NCBI GenBank assembly: GCA_048128005.1
Contig: JBEUKZ010000019.1
Span: 682,001 to 746,000 of the forward strand
Direction: 5' to 3'
DNA length: 64,000 nt
Origin: Veleropilina oligotropha
Lineage: Eukaryota
A program made the position numbers and the translations under genes. The notes under the pieces are model-generated. The model made no database searches, was not told the DNA's origin, and was given only the letters and a program-made list of their open reading frames with translations. Shown piece after piece: positions 23,884-37,900 of the stretch (position 1 is its first letter; each line of letters starts with the position of its first letter).

Positions 23884-23980
23884 CCCATGATCGCTGCATC
23901 CATTCTTTTCATCATTCAATGTTGATTGACTCGATTTATGACTGAAATACTGGTGGCGTGGTTGTTAAACATAATTCATC
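23884..23980 (+). mobile_element. SINE-like 3' tail fragment
   Basis: Near-identical to about 39805-39918 (tcaatgttgattgacycgatttatgactgaaatactg..ggcgtgg..taaacat). Confidence 0.6.
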
Positions 23981-24063
23981 CTTTAAGGTCAAGAGGATCT
24001 ATCGTGCAGATGGATGTGATGAGTTTATATTGTTTTTCAGAGGATTAAAATCACACATTAAAA

Positions 24064-24116
24064 ATGGCATCCAGGAAAAAGGTTTTATTAAAAGTTATTA
24101 TCCTAGGTGACAGTGG
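24064..24116 (+). CDS. RAB7A: Ras-related protein Rab-7, coding exon 1
   Basis: Acceptor at 24040; MASRKKVLLKVIILGDS-GG|gtaagt. Confidence 0.97.
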
Positions 24117-24502
24117 GTAAGTAATAGTATTTATTAATATATAAATACAGACTCAATCTCATAATGTATTCGTCTACATTATTGTCGTAAGATATTCCAC
24201 ATTTGCCCAACATATATTACAATCGTATGATATCTCATCTATGATATATAGATGCACAAAGTTCATGCACATGTACCATAATCAAATTAGAATATCGATA
24301 TATTCAGTGAATGCACAGACATATAATATTATTATATAAAACATGATCTGGTGGGCGTCGTCCAGTCATAACCTGTGGGCGTGGTGATGTCTACTACCCC
24401 CATATCATATTATGATGCTATATATATTCTGTTGTTCAACTGAATTATTTGATTATGACTTGAAACATTTTGGTATAATTTTGATGGTTAACAATATGTT
24501 AA

Positions 24503-24670
<168 letters not shown>

Positions 24671-26937
24671 TAGGAAACGCATGTCACAGCCACTTTCATA
24701 GCCATGTGGTCTCAAGTGTAGACTCTGAAAGCAATGGTTCGATTGCGCTACCTAACAGTCCTGGGTGAGTTTTAATCTCGATTGGGCAATGGCGAATTCA
24801 TCGTTCAGTTATCAAACTGTGACGTCCTGATTATGCGCATGCAGACACTCGCCTGACCGGTGGTCACTGTGACATCCTGACCAGTGGTGTCATGAACAAG
24901 TGTTCCCAATTCACTCGCCTGACTGCTCTGAATAGCAGGAGTGGCTATAAGTCGTCAGTACTGGGTATAAGTCGTCAGTACTGGGTATAAGTTGTCAGTA
25001 CTGGGTATAAGTCATCAGTACTGGGTATAAGTCATCAGTACTGGGTATAACACGTCAGTACTGGGTACAAGTCATCAGTACTGGGTATAAGTCATCAGTA
25101 CTGGGTATTTATAAGTCGTCAGTACTGAGTATAAGTCATCAGTACTGGGTACAAGTCATCAGTACTGTGTACAAGTCGTCAGTACTGGGTACAAGTCGTC
25201 AGTACTGGGTATAAGTCGTCAGTACTGGGTATAAGTCGTCAGTACTGGGTATAAGTCATCAGTACTGGGTATAAGTCGTCAGTACTGGGTACAAGTCATC
25301 AGTACTGGGTACAAGTCGTCAGTACTGGGTATAAGTCATCAGTACTGGGTATAGGTCGTCAGTACTGGGTACAAGTCGTCAGTACTGGGTATAAGTCGTC
25401 AGTACTGGGTATAAGTCGTCAGTACTGGGTATAAGTCGTCAGTACTGGGTATAAGTCGTCAGTACTGGGTATAAGTCGTCAGTACTGGGTTAAATCGTCA
25501 GTACTGGGTTAAATCGTCAGTACTGGGTACAAGTCGTCAGTACTGGGTACAAGTCATCAGTACTGGGTATAAGTCATCAGTACTGGGTACAAGTCGTCAG
25601 TACTGGGTATAAGTCGTCAGTACTGGGTATAAGTCATCAGTACTGGGTATAAGTCATCAGTACTGGGTATATGTCATCAGTACTGGGTATATGTCATCAG
25701 TACTGGGTATATGTCATCAGTACTGGGTATATGTCATCAGTACTGGGTATAATCATCAGTACTGGGTATAAGTCGTCAGTACTGGGTATAAGTCTTCAGT
25801 ACTGGGTATAAGTCGTCAGTACTGGGTATAAATCATCAGTACTGGGTATATGTCGTCAGTACTGGGTATAAATCGTCAGTACTGGGTATAAATCATCAGT
25901 ACTGGGTATATGTCGTCAGTACTGGGTATATGTCGTCAGTACTGGGTATAAGTCGTCAGTACTGGGTATGTCGTCAGTACAGGGTATAAATCATCAGTAC
26001 TGGGTATAAGTCATCAGTACTGGGTATAAGTCATCAGTACTGGGTATAAGTCATCAGTACTGGGTATAAATCATCAGTACTGGGTATAAGTCATCAGTAC
26101 TGGGTATAAATCGTCAGTACTGGGTATATGTCGTCAGTACTGTGTATATGTCGTCAGTACTGGGTATAAGTCGTCAGTACTGGGTCTAAATCATCAGTAC
26201 TGGGTATAAGTCGTCAGTACTGGGTATATGTCGTCAGTACTGGGTATAAGTCACCAGTACTGGGTATATGTCGTCAGTACTGGGTATATGTCGTCAGTAC
26301 TGGGTATATGTCGTCAGTACTGGGTATAAGTCATCAGTATAAATCATCAGTACTGGGTATGTCATCAGTACTGGGTATAAGTCATCAGTACTGGGTATAA
26401 GTCGTCAGTACTGGGTATATGTCGTCAGTACTGGGTATAAGTCATCAGTACTGGGTATAAGTCGTCAGTACTGGGTATATGTCATCAGTACTGGGTATAA
26501 GTCATCAGTACTGGGTATAAGTCATCAGTACTGGGTATAAGTCATCAGTACTGGGTATAAGTCGTCAGTACTGGGTATAAGTCGTCAGTACTGGGTATAA
26601 GTCGTCAGTACTGGGTATATGTCATCAGTACTGGGTATATGTCATCAGTACTGGGTATAAGTCGTCAGTACTGGGTATATGTCATCAGTACTGGGTATAA
26701 GTCGTCAGTACTGGGTATATGTCGTCAGTACTGGGTATATGTCGTCAGTACTGGGTATAAGTCGTCAGTACTGGGTATATGTCGTCAGTACTGGGTATAA
26801 GTCATCAGTACTGGGTATAAGTCGTCAGTACTGGGTATATGTCGTCAGTACTGGGTATATGTCGTCAGTACTGGGTATATGTCGTCAGTACTGGGTATAA
26901 GTCATCAGTACTGGGTATAAGTCGTCAGTACTGGGTA

Positions 26938-28576
26938 TTTTTTTATTTTATTTTTTTATTTAATACATTTATAATGCGCCTATTCTAGTGTAGCTCTAAG
27001 CGCAGTACAAACTATAACTAATATTACAGTACAATGTACACAAGAATATACAGGAGAGACATCAATGATACATACTATGAAATGAATGCAATAAGCAATA
27101 ATAATAAACAGAATATTTTTTTGTTGAGTATTTGCAATTTTATTAATTTTTTTTTTTTTTTTTACAAGCGCAATCAGACAAAGAGGTGAAGCAGCCATCA
27201 GCGTGAACTTCAACCAACTTTGAATGATACATATGATGAATGCTATAAGCAATAACAATGAACAGATGTGAAGCAGTCATTACTGTCCTCCTATTACGAT
27301 GTCAGCTGAATTGTTAGTGAGATTTGATCAGGTTGGCATATACATCAGCAAATAGGTGTGTTTTCAACGTCTTCCGAAAACTTGTCTGAGATGTGCTTTC
27401 CTTTACTTTAGATGGGAGTTTGTTCCAGAGTTTTGGGGCATTGTTGATAAATGCTCTATCGCCATATTTATTCATTGTTCTATTCTCTGTCAACTGTTGT
27501 AATTGCTGCGACCTAAGTGCTCTAATAGGTCGATATTGAGCCAGAAGTTCAATAATATATCCAGGCGCTTTTCCTTGAAGAGAATTGTAAACGAATGTAA
27601 GAATTTTGAAGATAATCCGTTTCTCAACAGGGAGGCAGTGTAGGCTATGTAGCAGCGGGGTTGCATGGTCCCTTGGCTGGGCAAGTAAAATCAGCCTGGC
27701 TGCGGCATTCTGAACTTGCTGCAATCTGTTAATGAGGCTTGCGTTTATTCCGAAAAGTAAACTGTTGGAATAATCAAGGCGAGATATGACATATGCATGC
27801 ACAAGATGCTTCGTTGCATCTGGTGTTAAAAAACGACGGAAGCATTTAACTTTATCAGAGACGAATTTTTCCATCGACATAGTGTTGTCGAAGTAAGCAC
27901 CCAAATTTCTTACAAATTCGCTGGAGTTTATTTCAGTTTCACCAACTTGTAGGTTTACATCTCGGACCTTTGTGATGTTACTTCTTGAGCCAAATATAAT
28001 AAACTCAGTTTTATCATCATTGAGTTTCAGCATGTTTGTGCACATCCAGTGTTTGATCTCTGAAACACAGCTCTCCAATATGTCTAGGCTTGCCTTGAAG
28101 GAGCTTTTGGGATCAAATGCAACATATATTTGACTGTCATCTGCGTAGAAATGATAGGACAGATTATATTTGGAGGCAATCTCTGCTACGGGTGTGACAT
28201 ACATCGAAAACAGAATCGGACCTAAGACGGAACCTTGTGGCACACCGTAAGGGAGAGAGGCAGGGTCACTTTTCATGCCGTTTATGACGACCGTTTGTTT
28301 TCGCTCATGTAGATATGACTTGATCCATGTAAGCGCTGATTGCTTGATTCCAAAGTAGGCGTTCAGGCGGTTAAACAGAATTTGGTGGTCAATTGTATCG
28401 AAAGCTGCACTCAGGTCAAGTAAGACGAGAGCAACCATTGATTTCTGATGTAGAGATTGAAGTATGTCATTCTGAACCTTTAAAAGGGCTGTTTCTGTGG
28501 AGTGAAACATGCAATACGCTGATTGGTATTTGTCCAAAAGCATGTGATTTTTCAAGTGAGAATTTAATCGAATTGC
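26938..28576 (-). mobile_element. 5'-truncated L2-type LINE inserted in the satellite (RT ORF 27314-28555)
   Basis: HSTETAL, LLDLSAAFDTIDH, GVPQGSVLGP, YADDSQ, ISRLDYSNSLL; 3' stem-loop and A-rich tail at about 26940-27005; possible TSD tactgggtat. Confidence 0.92.
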
Positions 28577-29400
28577 TACTGGGTATAAGTCATCAGTACT
28601 GGGTATATGTCGTCAGTACTGGGTATATGTCATCAGTACTGGGTATAAGCCATCAGTACTGGGTATACGTCATCAGTACTGGGAATAAGTCGTCAGTACT
28701 GGGTATAAGTCATCAGTACTGGGTATAAGTCTTCAGTACTGGGTATAAATCATCAGTACTGGGTATAAGTCGTCAGTACTGGGTATATGTCGTCAGTACT
28801 GGGTATAAGTCTTCAGTACTGGGTATAAGTCATCAGTACTGGGTATATGTCGTCAGTACTGGGTATATGTCGTCAGTACTGGGTATAAGTCTTCAGTACT
28901 GGGTATAAGTCATCAGTACTGGGTATATGTCGTCAGTACTGGGTATATGTCATCAGTACTGGGTATAAATCGTCAGTACTGGGTATAAATCGTTAGTACT
29001 GGGTATAAGTCTTCAGTACTGGGTATAAGTCTTCAGTACTGGGTATAAGTCTTCAGTACTGGGTATAAATCGTCAGTACTGGGTATATGTCATCAGTACT
29101 GGGTATAAGTCATCAGTACTTGGTATAAGTCATCAGTACTGGGTATACGTCATCAGTACTGGGAATAAGTCGTCAGTACTGGGTATAAGTCATCAGTACT
29201 GGGTATATGTCGTCAGTACTGGGTATAAGTCATCAGCTGACTGCTCTGAATAGCAGTACTGGGTACAAGTCATCAGTACTGGGTATATGTCATCAGTACT
29301 GAGTATATGTCATCAATACTGGGTATATGTCATCAGTACTGGGTATAAGTCATCAGTACTGGGTATAAGTCATCAGTACTGGGTATAGGTCATCAGTACT

Positions 29401-30828
29401 AATAATAATAATATAATAATAATAAAGCTTTATTTAAAGAGGCAGTACAGTTAGCTGGTTTGCTAATCTTCCCTGAGTCCCTCGACTAAATTTACAATGA
29501 GAAATAATATTAAAAGTTTGACAGGTTGTACACAAGTATAAAAGTAAAAAGTACACAACGTGTACTCAACAAAGTCACTATACAATGTTATTTACATATA
29601 AAATACAAAGTTATTTACAGGATATAACACAATCATCAAAAGTTATGCAAACAATAAAATATTCAAGTTAAAGCTACGGAAGTATGACAGAAAAGCACCT
29701 TTAAAAGTGCACTACAATAAACAATGAGAAATTAAACGATTATCAATGGCAGAACATAGTTATCAACTGATATGTGCATGTGCAGTTTATGGTTAATAAT
29801 AAACTTGAAAATACATTAAATTAATTGGTATCTCACTTCAAAACATGTTGCTTCATCTTTTTCCGAAAGTTGGTAATGTTTTCTATGCTTTTAATATCCT
29901 GAGGTAACTTGTTCCATATTTGCGCACCGGTGTAAGTGAAGGTCCGTCTCATAAATTCAGATTTTGGTTTAGGCAGAGTAAGGGTTTTTGAAGATACTGA
30001 TCTTAAGGTCTTATTTGATTCATAGTGGGTGATACAAATTTTTCTGAAATATACTTAGGAGTTAAATTGTTTTGAGATTTATACATTAGTACTGCTTTTT
30101 GAAAAGTAATTTTTTCTTTAATAGGAATCCATTCTAATAACTGGAATAAGGGAGTACTAGGTGCATCAAATTCTGCATCAAGAATAATTCTTGCTGCTCT
30201 TTTTTGAAGTTTAGATAAACAATTTAGTGATTCCTGGGTGCAATTTCCCCAGACTGTGCAGCAATAATCTGAGAGAGGTTGGATGAAGCTATTATAGAAA
30301 AGTTTTCTTAATTTGAGGGGAAGATATTGCTTAGTTCTTTGAAGAAGAGTGACCCTAGATGATATTTTAGAGCTAATCATGTCTATGTGGGATTTCCACG
30401 TCAGGTTACTGTCAATTATAACGCCTAACAGTTTCTCTGATGAAGAATTTGTTAACCTCTGATTGTTAAGTATAATATCCAAGTCATTAATGGTGGACAA
30501 CTTTTGTCTTGTTCCTATTAGCATTGTCTTAGTTTTATCGGTATTTATGATCATGCCATTTGAGATGCACCAGTTATTTAAATTTGCTATATCATCATTG
30601 AGTGTAGACTCTATCTGTTGTAAACATTTTCCCGAATGATGTAGAGTTGTATCGTCAACATATAGGTCAGTCATGGAATTTAAATAAAGAGGGAGATCAT
30701 TGATATATATCAAAAATAGAAGGGGTCCTAAAATCGACCCTTGGGGGACACCATAGTTCATGGTTTGAAAGGAGGACATTGTACCCATTGAAAGGAGCCC
30801 ATTTGAAAGGAGGACATATACCCATTGT
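29401..30828 (-). mobile_element. 5'-truncated CR1/L2-group LINE inserted in the satellite (ORF 30003-30788)
   Basis: GVPQGSILGPLLFLIYINDLP, YVDDTT, DYCCTVWG, LQKRAARII; (ATT)n tail. Confidence 0.92.
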
Positions 30829-33800
30829 ACTGGGTATATGTCATCAGTACTGAGTATATGTCATCAGTACTGGGTATATGTCATCAGTACTGGGTATAAG
30901 TCATCAGTACTGGGTATAGGTCATCAGTACTGAGTATAAGTCATCAGTACTGGGTATATGTCATCAGTACTGGGTATAAATCGTCAGTACTGGATATAAG
31001 TCATCAGCTGACTGCTCTGAATAGCAGTACTGGGTATATGTCATCAGTACTGAGTATAAGTCATCAGTACTGGGTATATGTCATCAGTACTGGGTATAAG
31101 TCATCAGTACTGGGTATAAGTCATCAGTACTGAGTATAAGTCATCAGTACTGGGTATATGTCATCAGTACTGGGTATATGTCGTCAGTGCTGGGTATATG
31201 TCATCAGTACTGGGTATAAATCGTCAGTACTTGGTATAATTCATCAGCTGACTGCTCTGAATAGCAGTACTGGGTATATGTCATCAGTACTGGGTATAAG
31301 TCATCAGTACTGGGTATAAGTCATCAGTACTGAGTATAAGTCATCAGTACTGGGTATATGTCATCAGTACTGGGTATATGTCGTCAGTGCTGGGTATATG
31401 TCATCAGTACTGGGTATAAATCGTCAGTACTTGGTATAATTCATCAGCTGACTGCTCTGAATAGCAGTACTGGGTATATGTCATCAGTACTGGGTATAAG
31501 TCATCAGTACTGGGTATAAGTCATCAGTACTGAGTATAAGTCATCAGTACTGGGTATATGTCATCAGTACTGGGTATATGTCGTCAGTGCTGGGTATATG
31601 TCATCAGTACTGGGTATAAATCGTCAGTACTGGGTATAAGTCATCAGCTGACTGCTCTGAATAGCAGTACTGGGTATATGTCATCAGTACTGGGTATCAA
31701 TCGTCAGTACTAGTTATAGGTCATCAGCTGACTGCTCTGAATAGCAGTACTGGGTATATGTCATCAGTACTGGGTATATGTCATCAGCTGACTGCTCTTA
31801 ATAGCAGTACTGGGTATATGTCATCAGTACTGGGTATATGTCATCAGCTGACTGCTCTTAATAGCAGTACTGGGTATATGTCATCAGTACTGGGTATATG
31901 TCATCAGCTGACTGCTCTTAATAGCAGTACTGGGTATATGTCATCAGTACTGGGTATATGTCATCAGCTGACTGCTCTTAATAGCAGTACTGGGTATATG
32001 TCATCAGTACTGGGTATATGTCATCAGCTGACTGCTCTTAATAGCAGTACTGGGTATATGTCATCAGTACTGGGTATATGTCATCAGCTGACTGCTCTTA
32101 ATAGCAGTACTGGGTATATGTCATCAGTACTGGGTATCAATCGTCAGTACTAGGTATAGGTCATCAGCTGACTGCTCTGAATAGCAGTACTGGGTATATG
32201 TCATCAGTACTGGGTATATGTCATCAGCTGACTGCTCTTAATAGCAGTACTGGGTATATGTCATCAGTACTGGGTATCAATCGTCAGTACTAGGTATAGG
32301 TCATCAGCTGACTGCTCTGAATAGCAGTACTGGGTATATGTCATCAGTACTGGGTATATGTCATCAGCTGACTGCTCTTAATACCAGTACTGGGTATATG
32401 TCATCAGTACTGGGTATCAATCGTCAGTACTAGGTATAGGTCATCAGCTGACTGCTCTGAATAGCAGTACTGGGTATATGTCATCAGTACTGGGTATATG
32501 TCATCAGCTGACTGCTCTTAATAGCAGTACTGGGTATATGTCATCAGTACTGGGTATATGTCATCAGCTGACTGCTCTTAATAGCAGTACTGGGTATAAG
32601 TTGTCAGTACTGGGTATATGTCATCAGCTGACTGCTCTTAATAGCAGTACTGGGTATATGTCATCAGTACTGGGTATAAGTCATCAGCTGACTGCTCTGA
32701 ATAGCAGTACTGGGTATATGTCATCAGCTGACTGCTCTTAATAGCAGTACTGGGTATAAGTCATCAGCTGACTGCTCTGAATAGCAGTACTGGGTATAAG
32801 TCGTCGGCTGACTGCTCTGAATAGCAGTACTGGGTATGTCATCAGCTGACTGCTCTTAATAGCAGTACTGGGTATATGTCATCAGTACTGGGTATATGTC
32901 ATCAGCTGACTGCTCTTAATAGCAGTACTGGGTATATGTCATCAGTACTGGGTATATGTCATCAGCTGACTGCTCTTAATAGCAGTACTGGGTATAAGTT
33001 GTCAGTACTGGGTATATGTCATCAGCTGACTGCTCTTAATAGCAGTACTGGGTATATGTCATCAGTACTGGGTATATGTCATCAGCTGACTGCTCTGAAT
33101 AGCAGTACTGGGTATATGTCATCAGCTGACTGCTCTTAATAGCAGTACTGGGTATAAGTCATCAGCTGACTGCTCTGAATAGCAGTACTGGGTATGTCGT
33201 CGGCTGACTGCTCTGAATAGCAGTACTGGGTATAAGTCATCAGCTGACTGCTCTTAATAGCAGTACTGGGTATAAGTCATCAGCGGACTGCTCTGAATAG
33301 CAGTACTGGGTATAAGTCATCAGCTGACTGCTCTGAATAGCAGTACTGGGTATAAGTCATCAGCTGACTGCTCTTAATAGCAGTACTGGGTATAAGTCAT
33401 CAGCTGACTGCTCTTAATAGCAGTACTGGGTATAAGTCATCAGCTGACTGCTCTTAATAGCAGTACTGGGTATAAGTCATCAGCTGACTGCTCTTAATAG
33501 CAGTACTGGGTATAAGTCATCAGCTGACTGCTCTGAATAGCAGTACTGGGTATAAGTCATCAGCTGACTGCTCTTAATAGCAGTACTGGGTATAAGTCAT
33601 CGGCTGACTGCTCTGAATAGCAGTACTGGGTATATGTCATCAGTACTGGGTATATGTCATCAGCTGACTGCTCTTAATAGCAGTACTGGGTATATGTCAT
33701 CAGCTGACTGCTCTTAATAGCAGTACTGGGTATATGTCATCAGCTGAGTGCTCTTAATAGCAGTACTGGGTATATGTCATCAGTACTGGGTATATGTCAT

Positions 33801-34751
33801 CAGCTGACTGCTCTTAATAGCAGTACTGGGTATATGTCATCAGCTGACTGCTCTTAATAGCAGTACTGGGTATAAGTCATCAGCTGACTGCTCTTAATAG
33901 CAGTACTGGGTATAAGTCATCAGCTGACTGCTCTGAATAGCAGTACTGGGTATAAGTCATCAGCTGACTGCTCTGAATAGCAGTACTGGGTATAAGTCAT
34001 CAGCTGACTGCTCTTAATAGCAGTACTGGGTATAAGTCATCAGCTGACTGCTCTTAATAGCAGTACTGGGTATAAGTCATCAGCTGACTGCTCTTAATAG
34101 CAGTACTGGGTATAAGTCATCAGCTGACTGCTCTTAATAGCAGTACTGGGTATAAGTCATCAGCTGACTGCTCTGAATAGCAGTACTGGGTATAAGTCAT
34201 CAGCTGACTGCTCTTAATAGCAGTACTGGGTATAAGTCATCGGCTGACTGCTCTGAATAGCAGTACTGGGTATATGTCATCAGTACTGGGTATATGTCAT
34301 CAGCTGACTGCTCTTAATAGCAGTACTGGGTATATGTCATCAGCTGACTGCTCTTAATAGCAGTACTGGGTATATGTCATCAGCTGACTGCTCTTAATAG
34401 CAGTACTGGGTATATGTCATCAGCTGACTGCTCTTAATAGCAGTACTGGGTATATGTCATCAGTACTGGGTATATGTCATCAGCTGACTGCTCTTAATAG
34501 CAGTACTGGGTATAAGTCATCAGCTGACTGCTCTTAATAGCAGTACTGGGTATAAGTCATCGGCTGACTGCTCTGAATAGCAGTACTGGGTATATGTCAT
34601 CAGTACTGGGTATATGTCATCAGCTGACTGCTCTTAATAGCAGTACTGGGTATATGTCATCAGCTGACTGCTCTTAATAGCAGTACTGGGTATAAGTCAT
34701 CGGCTGACTGCTCTGAATAGCAGTACTGGGTATATGTCATCAGTACTGGGT

Positions 34752-34952
34752 TGTACCTGTATTATAGTATTTAGCTAATATACGTTAGTTTACTTGTACA
34801 TGTACTACATAATAGCATTACTTATTATGTTTATTGTTTAGCATAGTCATTATATTAATCTCGTATAGTAGTTAGTGAGGGACTCAGGGAAGATTGGCAT
34901 TGTTGCTAACTGTACTCGCTCATTAAATAAAGCATTTATTATTATTATTATT
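34752..34952 (+). mobile_element. 200-bp LINE 3' end, related to the element at 29401
   Basis: gagggactcagggaagatt..gctaactgtact..taaataaagc(att)n is shared with the reverse complement of 29401-29485. Confidence 0.85.
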
Positions 34953-37900
34953 ATCAGCTGACTGCTCTTAATAGCAGTACTGGGTATAAGTTGTCCGTAC
35001 TGGGTATAAGTCGTCAGTACTGGGTATAAGTCATCAGTACTGGGTATATGTCGTCAGTACTGGGTATAAGTCGTCAGTACTGGGTATAAGTCATCAGTAC
35101 TGGGTATAAGTCATCAGTACTGGGTATATGTCATCAGTACTGGGTATATGTCATCAGTACTGGGTATATGTCATCAGTGCTGGGTATATGTCATCAGTAC
35201 TGGGTATAAGTCATCAGTACTGGGTATAAGTCATCAGTACTGGGTATATGTCATCAGTACTGGGTATATGTCATCAGTGCTGGGTATATGTCATCAGTAC
35301 TGGGTATAAGTCATCAGTACTGGGTATAAGTCGTCAGTGCTGGGTATAAGTCATCAGTACTGGGTATAAGTCGTCAGTGCTGGGTATAAGTCATCAGTAC
35401 TGGGTATAAATCGTCAGTACTGGGTATAAGTCGTCAGTACTGGGTATAAATCGTCAGTGCTGGGTATATGTCGTCAGTACTGGGTATAAGTCGTCAGTGC
35501 TGGGTATAAGTCGTCAGTACTGGGTATACGTCATCAGTGCTGGGTATAAGTCGTCAGTACTGGGTATAAGTCATCAGTACTGGGTATAAGTCGTCAGTGC
35601 TGGGTATAAGTCATCAGTACTGGGTATAAATCGTCAGTACTGGGTATAAGTCGTCAGTACTGGGTATAAATCGTCAGTGCTGGGTATAAGTCATCAGTAC
35701 TGGGTATAAGTCGTCAGTGCTGGGTATAAGTCATCAGTACTGGGTATAAATCGTCAGTGCTGGGTATAAGTCGTCAGTGCTGGGTATAAGTCATCAGTAC
35801 TGGGTATAAATCGTCAGTACTGGGTATAAGTCGTCAGTACTGGGTATAAATCGTCAGTGCTGGGTATATGTCATCAGCTGACTGCTCTTAATAGCAGTAC
35901 TGGGTATATGTCATCAGCTGACTGCTCTTAATAGCAGTACTGGGTATATGTCATCAGCTGACTGCTCTTAATAGCAGTACTGGGTATATGTCATCAGCTG
36001 ACTGCTCTTAATAGCAGTACTGGGTATATGTCATCAGTACTGGGTATATGTCATCAGCTGACTGCTCTTAATAGCAGTACTGGGTATAAGTCATCAGCTG
36101 ACTGCTCTTAATAGCAGTACTGGGTATAAGTCATCGGCTGACTGCTCTGAATAGCAGTACAGGGTATATGTCATCAGTACTGGGTATATGTCATCAGCTG
36201 ACTGCTCTTAATAGCAGTACTGGGTATATGTCATCAGCTGACTGCTCTTAATAGCAGTACTGGGTATAAGTCATCGGCTGACTGCTCTGAATAGCAGTAC
36301 TGGGTATATGTCATCAGTACTGGGTATATGTCATCAGCTGACTGCTCTTAATAGCAGTACTGGGTATAAGTCATCAGCTGACTGCTCTTAATAGCAGTAC
36401 TGGGTATAAGTCATCAGCTGACTGCTCTTAATAGCAGTACTGGGTATAAGTCATCAGCTGACTGCTCTTAATAGCAGTACTGGGTATAAGTCATCAGCTG
36501 ACTGCTCTGAATAGCAGTACTGGGTATAAGTCATCAGCTGACTGCTCTTAATAGCAGTACTGGGTATAAGTCATCGGCTGACTGCTCTGAATAGCAGTAC
36601 TGGGTATATGTCATCAGTACTGGGTATATGTCATCAGCTGACTGCTCTTAATAGCAGTACTGGGTATATGTCATCAGCTGACTGCTCTTAATAGCAGTAC
36701 TGGGTATATGTCATCAGCTGACTGCTCTTAATAGCAGTACTGGGTATATGTCATCAGCTGACTGCTCTTAATAGCAGTACTGGGTATATGTCATCAGTAC
36801 TGGGTATATGTCATCAGCTGACTGCTCTTAATAGCAGTACTGGGTATAAGTCATCAGCTGACTGCTCTTAATAGCAGTACTGGGTATAAGTCATCGGCTG
36901 ACTGCTCTGAATAGCAGTACTGGGTATATGTCATCAGTACTGGGTATATGTCATCAGCTGACTGCTCTTAATAGCAGTACTGGGTATATGTCATCAGCTG
37001 ACTGCTCTTAATAGCAGTACTGGGTATAAGTCATCGGCTGACTGCTCTGAATAGCAGTACTGGGTATATGTCATCAGTACTGGGTATATGTCATCAGCTG
37101 ACTGCTCTTAATAGCAGTACTGGGTATAAGTTGTCCGTACTGGGTATAAGTCGTCAGTACTGGGTATAAGTCATCAGTACTGGGTATATGTCGTCAGTAC
37201 TGGGTATAAGTCGTCAGTACTGGGTATAAGTCATCAGTACTGGGTATAAGTCATCAGTACTGGGTATATGTCATCAGTACTGGGTATATGTCATCAGTAC
37301 TGGGTATATGTCATCAGTGCTGGGTATATGTCATCAGTACTGGGTATAAGTCATCAGTACTGGGTATAAGTCATCAGTACTGGGTATATGTCATCAGTAC
37401 TGGGTATATGTCATCAGTGCTGGGTATATGTCATCAGTACTGGGTATAAGTCATCAGTACTGGGTATAAGTCGTCAGTGCTGGGTATAAGTCATCAGTAC
37501 TGGGTATAAGTCGTCAGTGCTGGGTATAAGTCATCAGTACTGGGTATAAATCGTCAGTACTGGGTATAAGTCGTCAGTACTGGGTATAAATCGTCAGTGC
37601 TGGGTATATGTCGTCAGTACTGGGTATAAGTCGTCAGTGCTGGGTATAAGTCGTCAGTACTGGGTATACGTCATCAGTGCTGGGTATAAGTCGTCAGTAC
37701 TGGGTATAAGTCATCAGTACTGGGTATAAGTCGTCAGTGCTGGGTATAAGTCATCAGTACTGGGTATAAATCGTCAGTACTGGGTATAAGTCGTCAGTAC
37801 TGGGTATAAATCGTCAGTGCTGGGTATAAGTCATCAGTACTGGGTATAAGTCGTCAGTGCTGGGTATAAGTCATCAGTACTGGGTATAAATCGTCAGTGC

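Noticed and set aside
26679..33139. Repetitive ORFs (MSSVLGI...)
   Set aside because: By-products of satellite periodicity inside a RAB7 intron
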